Below are positions 1-11,024 of a stretch of 64,000 nt of DNA, one piece after another (position 1 is the stretch's first letter; every line of letters begins with the position of its first letter). The translations under genes were made by a program, and so were the position numbers. The notes below the pieces were generated by a model. That model saw only the letters and a list, made by a program, of their open reading frames with translations. It made no database searches and was not told the origin of the DNA. Origin of the DNA: Narcine bancroftii (lineage: Eukaryota); contig NC_091475.1 of NCBI RefSeq assembly GCF_036971445.1, positions 27,590,001-27,654,000 on the forward strand, in the 5' to 3' direction.

Positions 1-200
1 TGCTATCTTCGATAAAGTCTATTTTTTACCATTCAACTAACTCACCTTGGATCCCATGCAATCTAATTTTCCAGAGCTGCCTACCATGCAGAACCTCATC
101 AAATGCCTTGCTGAAATTCATATCTACAGTTCTGCCCTCATCAACCTTTTTGGTCACATCTTCAGAAAACTCAGATTACTTATCATGTCTCAATGTACTC
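1..200 (-). mobile_element. CR1-type LINE reverse-transcriptase fragment (degenerate)
   Basis: Sequence such as 'tcaaatgccttgctgaaattcatatctac' is the reverse complement of a D(I/V)xxDFSKAFD-type RT motif. Boundaries are approximate. Confidence 0.5.
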
Positions 201-229
201 TGTTATTCCCTAGGAAGGATGCTTTATAG

Positions 230-360
230 CAGTGGTTCTCAATCTTTATCTTTCCACTCACATACCACTTTAAGTAATCCCTATGCCATCAGTTCTCTGT
301 GATTAGTAATGGATTGCTTAAGGCAGAATGTGAGTGGGAAGGGAAGTTGGAAAACCACTG
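230..360. mobile_element. hAT-type MITE, about 131 bp
   Basis: Terminal inverted repeats CAGTGGTTCTC...GAAAACCACTG. The 8-bp flanks ctttatag/ctttagac resemble a decayed hAT TSD. Confidence 0.65.
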
Positions 361-433
361 CTTTAGACCCAATTGCTACAGAAATATTTTGTTTGAGAAA
401 AATTGTCATTGGCCTATTTCCTTTGGAGTTATG

Positions 434-639
434 AAACTGTACACATAATGAGTCAATTAGGTACAATTAAATCAGTGGTTTTCAAACTTTTTATTTCTAA
501 CCACATACTACCTTAAACAATCCCTTTCTAATCACAAAACTGTACACATAATGAGTCAATTAGGTACAATTAAATCAGTGGTTTTCAAACTTTTTCTTTC
601 TACCCACATACTACCTTAAACAATCCCTTTCTAATCACA
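434..639. repeat. 103-bp tandem duplication covering the 5' half of a second hAT MITE
   Basis: 434-536 and 537-639 are near-identical (aaactgtacacataatgagtc...ctaatcaca). Confidence 0.9.
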
Positions 640-707
640 AAGCACCTAGGGCATTGGGAATACTTAAAGTGGATTGTGAGTGGAAAGAAAAAGCTTGAGA
701 ACCACTG
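576..707. mobile_element. hAT-type MITE, same family as 230-360
   Basis: CAGTGGTTTTC...GAGAACCACTG inverted termini and similar internal sequence. Confidence 0.65.
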
Positions 708-1179
708 CTTTAAAGTGTGAAATTTGGCAAATTGGTTCAGATCCAGCCTATGAGGATGAATCCCGTTCGCCAACCAGGAGTCACAAGGACAAGTAGAAAT
801 AATTTTTAGAACATCCAGCCTGCCCAATCTAATCAAGCTACAGCCTACACGACCATTTCTTCCCCAGTCACATAAAACTTATGGGAGAAGGATTAAAAAA
901 ACAAGAAAAAACAACTTTACAAAAATATATTCAGAATTTCTCTTTAACCCCTGAAAACATTGAAGGAATGATAAAAGAAAATTAATTAACATGTACTTTT
1001 ATTTTAAATCATCTCCCATTTACCCTCTATTTCTCAAGCTCCCCATTAAATGGCAAACGACATAGTCAGGTCAATACTACATTTCCCTACTTCTATTATT
1101 GATCATTCTTTTCAAATGTGAAATTAAGCCTCATAAACACTGAAATGAACACTTGTCCCATTCTTCATTTCCTTTCATT

Positions 1180-1410
1180 TAAACACAAGAATGCTGGAGG
1201 AATTCAGCCAGTCTCGCAGTATCCATACAAAGTAAAGATATATTACCAACGTTTTAGGCCTGAGCCTTTCCTCAAGGGCCTCAGGCCCAAAACATCGGTA
1301 ACACAGTATATCTATACCTTCTATGGTCGCTGCGAGACTGACTGAGTTCCTTCAGCATTTCTGTGTTTTTACTACAATCACAGTGACTGCACACTTTAAT
1401 GTTTCACTTA
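1180..1410. mobile_element. Palindromic Penelope-like terminal-repeat remnant
   Basis: Arms 'aatgctggaggaattcagcc...' and '...ctgagttccttcagcattt' are inverted. The same family recurs at about 2460, 3980, 4270, 4990, 16210, 16745, 49380 and 61480. Confidence 0.6.
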
Positions 1411-3254
1411 AAGTATGATAATGCGAATATTTATTTGCCTCATCAGACTTTCTCCATGCAAAGCTCCAAGTGGAGAAACAGTTAATTCAGAAATGAATTG
1501 CTGAAATAGAAATGGATGCATGGAAAGTCAATACAGCTTTTTTAAAATGTAAAACTCCTGTTTGCAAAATGTACTAACTTTACTCCAAATGGAATTTGTA
1601 CAGTTTAGGAAATAGTTACGTTGATTTACAAAACAATTATTCAATTGTATAACAGGAATACCAGATGTTCCTTCTTTCAAATAAGATAAGAATGTACTCC
1701 TGCCACTTAAATTCTATTGTGGGAAATTTTCCACATCACATAAACACCATTGTTAATGTTATCACATTTTTACACCTCTTGTCAGCTTGTGCTACTTGGC
1801 AGCACGTTCTGACACCAATCTGATCACACTTCCTGACTGCCTTTAATGGTCACTAGATACTATTCATTCTCAACACTTTACAAAGCTCTTTAGTGCAGCA
1901 CAGAAAATTAAAAGAGGAAACACTGCACTATGATTTGAAATATCCTTTTCCTTGAATAGCTTTTACGGCAAAGTGTCAGGAAATGTGATTCTATGAGTCT
2001 TATTTAGTGTGCTAAAAACTATTATGTAGCCATTGATATAAATACACTCTGTATTACAACCTAATTATATATGTCAATATATAGGTTCACATTTCAAATG
2101 CAACTCTTCAATAACATTACCACAAAGAGGAAATTCATCTAAACACAGTTTATTTCATTGATATCTATCTTTATTTCTGAATTTATTGCCCTGAGACAGA
2201 CTTTCACTCAAGTGTAATTGTACCACAGTACCGCAGGATAATAAATATCTCTTTACAGCCATTCAGAGTTTTTCAAATTCCTTCCATTGGTTATCAGCAG
2301 ACAGTGCAATATCTGCTTATACAATGTTCATTAGTGACTGTCAGGAAAAAGAACATCACAAATAAAAATGACAGTGTTTGACAGAATTTTTTTGGTTCTA
2401 TCAAATATTTGATTTAATCTGCCTGTAGAAGAGGCAAATTCCAGGGGAGTCTAATAGACAAATGTGCTGGAGAAACTCAGCTGGTCATGCAACATCTATT
2501 GGAGGTATAGGGTAACCTAACGTTTCAGGCCTGGGCCCTTTGTCAGGTATACCAAGAGTTCACAAAGTGAAAGAGGCAGAAAGACTGGATTAAAAGCAAG
2601 AAAAAAGTCATCAAAGGTTAAAAATATACAGTTTCTATATATCCAACAGCAATTAATACCTGAATAGAGATCATACTGATAAAGATTATCTTCCATTGCT
2701 AAAAATGTGATGGGTATGTACAAACATTAAGTTATTGTGGTGGAATCATGTGTAGCTATACATAATGCTTGAAGGTTACCTTTTCATTGAGACAATACAT
2801 TCGTTTATAGCCAATACCAATATAGTCATCTCAGTTATTTTGTTGTTGCAGTGATCTTTGATGTCTTTGGACGTCAAGTTTAAAGTTTATTTTTATGGTA
2901 CAATCTTTAGTTATGGTTATCTTGTTAACTATTGGCTAATCCATTGAATGGACGACGCCCCAATTTTAGGCAATAGAAATACCTGTTCATTTTGAGTGAA
3001 TACATCCAAATTACATAATAATACTTGTAGTATCCAATTCTGCAGATCCAATTTTCCATAATTTCCACTTCATTTATTTTAATTCTTTTTGTGCTATTTA
3101 TACGCACATGTTGACTGACATTTCAAATTTGAGCCTTTGTCTATTTCCTATCTTCTTGGCTTTTCTCTTTTCTTTCACCCAGCATTAACATATCTTCACT
3201 TGCTCTTTATTCATACCTGACACGTCAGTTATGACACGTCAGTTATGTATCTTT

Positions 3255-3967
3255 CTTTTTTTCTTTGGCTTGGCTTCGCGGACGAAGATTTATGGAGGGG
3301 GTAAAAAGTCCACGTCAGCTGCAGGCTCGTTTGTGGCTGACAAGTCCGATGCGGGACAGGCAGACACGATTGCAGCGGTTGCAAGGGAAAATTGGTTGGT
3401 TGGGGTTGGGTGTTGGGTTTTTCCTCCTTTGCCTTTTGTCAGTGAGGTGGGCTCTGCGGTCTTCTTCAAAGGAGGTTGCTGCCCGCCAAACTGTGAGGCG
3501 CCAAGATGCACGGTTTGAGGCGTATCAGCCCACTGGCGGTGGTCAATGTGGCAGGCACCAAGAGATTTCTTTAGGCAGTCCTTGTACCTTTTCTTTGGTG
3601 CACCTCTGTCACGGTGGCCAGTGGAGAGCTCGCCATATAACACGATCTTGGGAAGGCGATGGTCCTCCATTCTGGAGACGTGACCCATCCAGCGCAGCTG
3701 GATCTTCAGCAGCGTGGACTCGATGCTGTCGACCTCTGCCATCTCGAGTACTTCGACGTTAGGGATGAAAGCGCTCCAATGGATGTTGAGGATGGAGCGG
3801 AGACAACGCTGGTGGAAGCGTTCTAGGAGCCGTAGGTGGTGCCGGTAGAGGACCCATGATTCGGAGCCGAACAGGAGTGTGGGTATGACAACGGCTCTGT
3901 ATACGCTTATCTTTGTGAGGTTTTTCAGTTGGTTGTTTTTCCAGACTCTTTTGTGTAGTCTTCCAAA
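3255..3967 (-). mobile_element. RTE-clade LINE, 5'-truncated 3' end
   Basis: Encodes an RT C-terminus (LRWMGHVSRMEDHRLPK) and ends in the family 3' end CCGCGAAGCCAAGCCAAAG. Candidate TSD GTATCTTT at 3247-3254 and 3972-3979. Confidence 0.9.
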
Positions 3968-6469
3968 TAAAGTATCTTTACCTCTTATGGATAATGCGAG
4001 ACCTGCTGAGTTTCTCCAGCATTTCTGTTTTTATTACAATCACAGTGTCTGCAGACTTTTGTGATTCATACCTTTACTTCTTAGATATTAAACACAATTA
4101 AGTGTAATTGTACCACAGCGCAATTGCTGATGAGCATTTATCTTTTGTAATAGCCTCCTATCGTTCATACACTAACCATCACTATTACTACTGAGATGAC
4201 AATGTAGCACTTATCACTACTCAATTGACTTCTCTGGCGTTATTGAGCAACTTATCCTGTACCATGGAAGTAAAACACAAAAAACTGTAGACTCCATGGT
4301 TGAAGTAAAAATGCAAAGCTGAAGAAACTCAGAAGGTCAAACAGTGTCCATTATCTAGCAATGGTAAAAGTATATATCTTGATCCGATGATAAAGGGAAT
4401 TAAGCCTGAAACATCCATTATGTATTTTTACATTTGCTAGATAAAGGACACTGTTAGACCTACTAAGTTTCTCCAGCCTTGTGTTTTACTTATCCCATAC
4501 CACCATTATGACATGAATATCATATTCTCCAATTTAAATTAACCCACACTCCTCCTCAGTTCCATTCCTAACATTCTAGTTCACCCAGGTCAAACAGAAC
4601 CTTTCCAAATCTCCTCACCCACCATCCCCCCCAGCCCCCTGCTACAGAGTTCCTTCCCCACCTTCCTTCTCCATCTATCCACCACCCACACACCCTTCCC
4701 GCTATATCCCTTACTTCATAATCCTCATCAGGCCACCATCCCTCATTGTTCTTACCTCCTTCCTTCAACAGCAGTCTCCACCTTCACCCTCCCCACCTTT
4801 TCCTGGCTCCACTTGCCCTCCCCCCCCCCACTTTTTTCTCTCTGCCTGCTTCCACTTATAACTGTCTCCCACATCTACAAAATCTGGCTCCATCTGACCC
4901 TCACCCCTCCTTTATCCATCTATTACCCATGATTACCCATTGACTTCCCCTCTTTTTAATACTGTCATTCTCCTCTCTACTTCCTCAGTCCTGATGCAGG
5001 GGTTTGAACCAAAGAACCAACTCTCCATATTCCTGCATGGATGTTACCCGAGTTCCTCCAACAGTTTGTTTTCTGTTCTAGATTCCATCATTTGCAACTC
5101 CTTGTGTCTCTACCCCCATCATCTTACTTTTACAATGGGCACAATCTACAAGTTAGATCCACCTATATTTGTCCCCAGAAGAATTCTTAAACCTCACTTC
5201 TTCATTCCTCAGAATTTAAAACTTTACCTCCTACTTCTTTTTTTGTATTCATATTCTGTCTTTTTTTGTATTCATATTCTGTCTGTTGCCTGCCATAGCC
5301 TCTCCCTCTGAGCTTTGCTCAAGCCCACCATTTGTTTGCTCAGTGGTGATTATTGTGGTAGCATGGCTTATATGGTAGGCCTGCACTGCAGCTGTGCTGG
5401 TTTATGGACAGGAGTGAGGAGTCATAGTTGGTGGGACTAATTCTTGTCACCTGATAGCCTGCTTGTATGGCCTTAGGCTCTCAGAATGCTGGCACATGAT
5501 GATTACTGATGTACTCATCAGATTTTTTGGAGCAATTTTACAGGCCAAAATTGTGGGGTTGATTTTTACGTGTCAAATTTCTGACCATGTTAAGTATCTG
5601 CGTCATTAAAGGAATCGAGAGCTCGGATGGCCAGGAGCTGGTAGACTGGTGACCGAGGCGTTGAAAGATCCAATGGGTGGGTGACCAGAACAAGGGTCTG
5701 CGATCGGGCTGTTGGAAGTTCTGGCGGGCAGGCAATAGTGGCCTCAAGAGCTCAGATGGGTGGGCAGTCAGAGCATCGGGAGCTCTGGTAGGTGGGCGGC
5801 CAAGGTGAGGATCTGTGGTCGGGGCGTCCTGAGCTCCGGTGGGCGGGTGGCAGAAGCTAAAAAAAATTTGGGGTCGATTTTTACGTGGGTCATATGAAAA
5901 CATACAAGTTTTGGGCCAAAAAAGGGGAGAGGAACATCAACTATTACTCAGTTTCAACAATTACACGAGTATGTACAATGCATAAAACCTATTGCTAGAG
6001 GAATGCTGAGTTCCTGCAGCAGCTTGCTTTGTGCTCCTGATTCCTGCATCTCCAAGTCAGAACAATGGATGCAAACTATTGTTGAGAGAATTGAATTCCT
6101 TTCAAGAATGGGAAGATACAACCTGGATGTAATGTGTGGCATCTTCCATCCTAAGACATCCCCAGTTCTCTTCTGATATCGTCATTCTTTAAAAATAACT
6201 GTTTCTCCAGGTGTAGACTCAATAGAATATTATACTTCAAACTATGATATATCACTGCTGCAGTATCAAAGTTATATCACGAAAGCTAAGTTTCACAGTC
6301 ATCTTGGTAGCCACAGGTATAACCCTTACACAGTGCAAAATCCTCAGTGAATGTTGACTCTTAAGCAGGTGAGAATAAAGTCATGTTAGATATTGCCCCA
6401 ACCCAAGTTCACCTGGAGGATGACAAGGCTTCCATCCCTCTTTTCAAATTTTTTTTTGTGTACAACAAG

Positions 6470-6681
6470 GTAGAAGCTGATCCCAGCCATACTGCCCAAT
6501 TACTCCCAATTAACCTACAACCCGTACGTTTTGGAGGGTGGGAGAAAACTGGAGCACATGGGCAAAACCTATGCACCTCACGGGGAGAATGGACAAACTC
6601 CTTACAGACAGCACTGTATTCGAACCCCGTTGTTGGCACTGCAATAGCTTCAAGCTAATTGCCACACTAACCGTGCCACCC
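6470..6681 (-). mobile_element. tRNA-derived V-SINE (HE1-like)
   Basis: The minus strand starts GGGTGGCACGGTTAG (A box), has a GGTTCGAAT B box, then the V-domain TGTAAGGAGTTTGT..TTCTCCCCGTG. Confidence 0.75.
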
Positions 6682-7850
6682 CTCACACCTGTTTCTACTC
6701 CTGCTTTCTTTGCTGTTCATCCTCAAGGACAAATTTACCAGGCCATCATTACTGCAGTCAAAGTAAATTTAATTTAGGCACAATCGATATAGCAAAGTTA
6801 AAAGCAGTTGTGTTTCACTTTACAGAACAAGAAACACATTGGACGTAAACAGAAAAAGTTGAAGTGACAATCCAGTAAAATTAAAGGATGATACAACAAA
6901 CTTAAATAGTACTGGCAAAGTGTCCTTTCCAATAGTATCACAAGTTACTGGTAGGTCAGATAGTGGAATTGAAAAGGTCCAACAACAAGACTAAGATCCT
7001 TATTTATATCCTTTTATGAATAATTATGAAAGGTACATTGGAAAACCATGGTGATCAGCAGCAGGGATGAGGGAACTTCCTGCCATTTTCGGGCTCCATG
7101 TACTTAGTTTAAAAACAGGTATGGTGCAATCAAATTTCTCAGTAAAATGCTGAGATGACATAAAAAATCTCCAAAGCCACTAGATGACCAATAATAATAT
7201 TTTCTCATGCAACAATACGTAATATCTCCTGAAGATAGTTACTGTATTTGCTGACCAAAGCTAGAATTACACCCTTGTTGTATCCTCCAAGTGAGTTACA
7301 TTATTTGAATTCTAACATGAAGAGTAATTGAGTAAACCTGAGGAGATTTCACTCATAGTGTGCAAAATATAGATTGGACCAGTGCAGGAAAAAGGATGGA
7401 ATTGTGTTTTAAATTGATTGCCTGTGTAATGCACTTAAGATGCCAACATCTGTTCCCATGGGGGGGGGGGGGGGGGGGGAAACACTAAAAAGAGAGGTAT
7501 AAATGATTCAAATAAAATTATGATGTTGATTGATGGTGCAGATGGAAAAGTTCCTTGTCTAGTTGGTGGAGTGTGATAATGTTGTAAAGTACGAAAAATG
7601 TGCGCAATTCAAGTAGCAAAAATGTTTGTTCTTAAAACTTCTAATTTTCAGAGTCTGTCAGCTCACACAGGAAGCATTGCAATGAACAAAACAATTTTGT
7701 GAAGAAACTGATTTTTAGCTCTCTTTGTTTCTCATTGGAAAGCCTCTGGTCACTGTTACACTCAGTAGGGTCAGTGGTCAGTAGACCAGGGCAACCTCAG
7801 CAGGGTTTTTTTTAACAAAATGCCAATTCACTCAATATTATCTTTCTCAC

Positions 7851-7935
7851 CCAGTTTCTTGGCCACCTTGGCATCTTTCTTCTCATCTACGAGTCCAAAT
7901 CCCACATTTTTGTCTTGCAAGACCTGAGCTGCCAA
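7851..7935 (-). CDS. casq2: Calsequestrin coding exon 2 ([29 protein letters not shown])
   Basis: 85-nt exon with cag acceptor and gtgag donor. The peptide matches calsequestrin. No downstream exons were found in 1-7850. Confidence 0.9.
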
Positions 7936-8209
7936 CTGCCTCCAAAAGACAAACAACAAAAAGAAGAAACAATGACATTTAGGTAGCCAGAAATCATCCG
8001 AGAATGTGAAAATCGGGCAACGTGCATCTTTACTCCACTGAGAAAGCACGCACCATGGTTTATAATGCTCCACATGGACAACCTCTTAATCATCGTCTGT
8101 CAATCATTCTGCAGAGAATGTTTTAATCCATTTGCTTAGCTTATCACCATATTACAGTGAATGTTCTGTTAAACCACCGCTCACCTGTCCTGAATCATGT
8201 TTGCCTCAC

Positions 8210-8449
8210 CTCTAGCACCAGCTCCTCTCGATCGAACCGTTTCTGAGCAACTTTGTCTCCTGCAGGAACTGCATCGTGATACAACAAACACAGGATATCG
8301 TACTTTTCCAATAGCTTCTGGTAATTTTTCATGTCGACGGTGCCAACCCTATCTCTTCCATCATACCTGGGAAACTCAAGTCCATCCTGCGCTCGACTCT
8401 TCAGGCAGGCCAGAGAGAAAGTTGCCAAACACAGCCAAACACCCTTCAT
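8210..8449 (-). CDS. casq2: Calsequestrin coding exon 1: signal peptide plus GLEFPRYDGRDRV...EELVLE
   Basis: ATG at 8449, hydrophobic signal peptide, calsequestrin N-terminus, phase-0 GAG|gtgagg donor. GLEFPRYDG, YDILCLLYH and DKVAQK favour CASQ2 over CASQ1, but the paralogue call is less certain (about 0.65). Confidence 0.9.
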
Positions 8450-8635
8450 TGCAAAAGTTAAGGTCATATGTTATACAAAAAGCAAAAAAAGCGGCTTGGG
8501 GGGGTCACCGTAAAATCTTTTGCCTTTCTCCCCCTGTTCTGGTTACAATCCCTGATCAGAATGGAGAGAGAAAGAGAGCAAAGTTAGAATAGCGCCGGAG
8601 TGAGAACAGACAGGCAGGATCTGGATGTACACACA

Positions 8636-8694
8636 CCGCCCCCTACTATTTAAATCTCCATTTTAAGAAGCCAGTTGTTTCAAGCTAAAAATAC
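8636..8694 (-). promoter_or_regulatory. Putative muscle promoter cassette of the calsequestrin gene
   Basis: GC box 8636-8642, AT-rich TATA-like 8646-8655, CArG-like CCATTTTAAG 8658-8667, E-box CAGTTG 8672-8677 and MEF2-like CTAAAAATAC 8685-8694, about 200 nt upstream of the ATG. Confidence 0.5.
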
Positions 8695-10202
8695 ATTACA
8701 TTGAAAGAGCAAAGAGATACTCCATCCTCATTCTCTTTCTGTGGATGGGGAGAGGTGGGGGGGGGGGACCTGACCTTTCCGACAGAGAGACCTCGCATCA
8801 GGCTGACATGACCGTCACCCCCTCTCGTCTCCCAAACAACTGTCACCGAGCGAGGATTCATTTTCCATTTTGTCACATTGACGCTGTGTGGAAAGGTTGA
8901 GGAACGAGGAGAGAATTCTTTGCCGGCAGGCGGAGGGGCTGATTGTAGAGCTCTGCTTTATATAGACCGTGAGATGAGAGGGATACTCGGGAGGCCATCT
9001 GAAGAGTTCATTGTTGACGAACTAAGCTGCAACACTAGAATCTTGAGAGGGATACATTCAGCCCTTTTAAAATAAATGGATCTGCAACATCCGCATGAAG
9101 TTAAAAATCTCGTGGTCATTTTTTTCTTCAAGACATGCAATTCACTACAATGTTTTGCAAAGGATGCGTTTTTAAATAATATCCTTAAAATTGCGAGGCC
9201 AAACAATTGCAAGACTTGTCATGAAGCAACCACGTGTGTTTTTCTCTTGCTATTGCACCGTATTTAACCCATGGAGAGCAAAAGGTTCGGCTGGTTTGCC
9301 TTAATCACAGTACCCAGGGGAAACAGTAGTTGACGGCACAGCGCATTCTCGGGAGCAGCCACTTATAAATCACGTGGTGGGACAAATCCAAACCATCTTC
9401 TGTCTTCTTCTGGTGGACAGCAGCAGCTGCTTTGACCCCACAACAGGACAGGATCATCCAATATGAGCAACAGCGCCCTCCATCGACATTCTGGGCGATT
9501 GCCATGTGTTTTCATTCGGCGTCGGAGCAGATCCTTGCAAACACTTGTGGGAAATCAATGGAAATTTGAAATGACTTTTCCCTTCCTAGGTGAGACTGTT
9601 TATCTGCTGAGCATATATGACCGTATCATTGCGTCCCCCTTTTAAATTCATTCAGTATTTCTTGGCCTTTATGATATTTATTTCATCAACACGATGGAAA
9701 CCACATATGGCACATGTTTTGCAGTAACTGAACATACGAAGAGGCATTTCTGCTATTTCTCTCTGGAACGATGGGTATTGTTACTCTGTGGCTTTGTTTA
9801 TGCATATAACTTCTATTGTAAATGCAGACAATGTCTATTTTGAATTGAATGACATTGGAATAATAAAAAATGCTAATAATATGAACTGTCAATGGGACCA
9901 CTACTGGCATTTTTCCAAGCTATCAACAGGATTCTCACTATTTTTTCCCATGATAATTAATGCCCTGGGAAAGAAAAGCAAAGCACCATTCTGTGCTTGA
10001 ATTTGAATAGCATTCTTTCACACTTACAAATACAATAAGAACTGAATAAACAAACCACATTAAGAACCGAGGGCTTAAAACATTTCTAGATAAATGTCAC
10101 TTCTAGTTTCACCATGCCATCGATTTCTGACTGAATACATAAATGTCTTTTTCTCTGGTTTTATCGTTAACTAGTATGTCTTTGGAAGTATACTTTTTTA
10201 GA

Positions 10203-10603
10203 CCCCACCTCACTGACAAAAGACAAAGGAGGAAAAACCCAACACCCAACCCCAACCCACCAATTTTCCCCTGCAACCGCTGCAACCGTGTCTGCCTGTC
10301 CCGCATCGGACTTATCAGCCACAAACAAGCTTGCAGCTGAGGTGGACATTACCCCTCCAAAATCTTCGTCCGTTTGTGCCTGCAAGTCCGATGCGGGACA
10401 GGCAGGCACGGTTGCAGCGGTTGCAGGGGAAAATGGGTGGGTTGGAGTTGCGTGTTGGGTTTTTCCTCCTTTGTCTTTTATCAGTGAGGTGGGCTCTGCG
10501 GTCTTCTTCAAAGGAGGTTGCTGCCCGCCGAACTGTGAGGCGCCAAGATGCACGGTTTGAGGCGATATCAGCCCACTGGCGGTGGTCAATGTGGCAGGCA
10601 CCA
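10203..10603. mobile_element. Two overlapping RTE 3' fragments in tail-to-tail orientation
   Basis: A plus fragment at about 10203-10371 and a minus fragment at about 10384-10603 cover the same RTE region. Confidence 0.85.
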
Positions 10604-11024
10604 AAATAATGAACATATAAAATGTCTCTAGGAGGTTATCCTTTGCCATTTATGCTCCTGGCTACCTTTGTCTAATTCTAGTTCACTGCAAAGCCAAGGT
10701 TAAATTGTCCCTCTGCAAGCCAGCAGACATTTCATTTAAAAAAAAATGCTTGTTATGAAAATAAAATAAATTTCCACCTATGTTACCTCTTTAATATTAA
10801 ATATTATTATTAGAGAACTGTGCAGTACCAGAAAGAAACCATTTGGTCGAATGTGTCTGTGCTGACTTGTTTTTGAGATTGTTCCAATCTTCTAGAAGTG
10901 ATTACAACATTTCTCTCCAGTTTCATATCCAATCTTATTTGAATGTTCCCACTGATTCTGCTTCCATCATCCTTTTAGGCTGTACATTCCAGATATGTAC
11001 AGTTTAATACACAAAATAACTTCT

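Noticed and set aside
3231-3762. Recurrent ORFs such as MAWLRGRRF... and ...GLASRTKIYGGGKK... (also at 10, 20, 29, 45 and 52 kb)
   Set aside because: They are antisense or alternative frames of the RTE 3' end and recur only because the repeat recurs.
6600-6681. tRNA gene
   Set aside because: The A and B boxes belong to a SINE head, and no complete cloverleaf is evident.
7459-7478. Poly-G run as a G-quadruplex element
   Set aside because: It is a simple homopolymer of uncertain length with no supporting context.
1-7850. Calsequestrin exon 3 and later exons
   Set aside because: No segment encoding the expected IEFDGE-type peptide was found. They probably lie outside the window.
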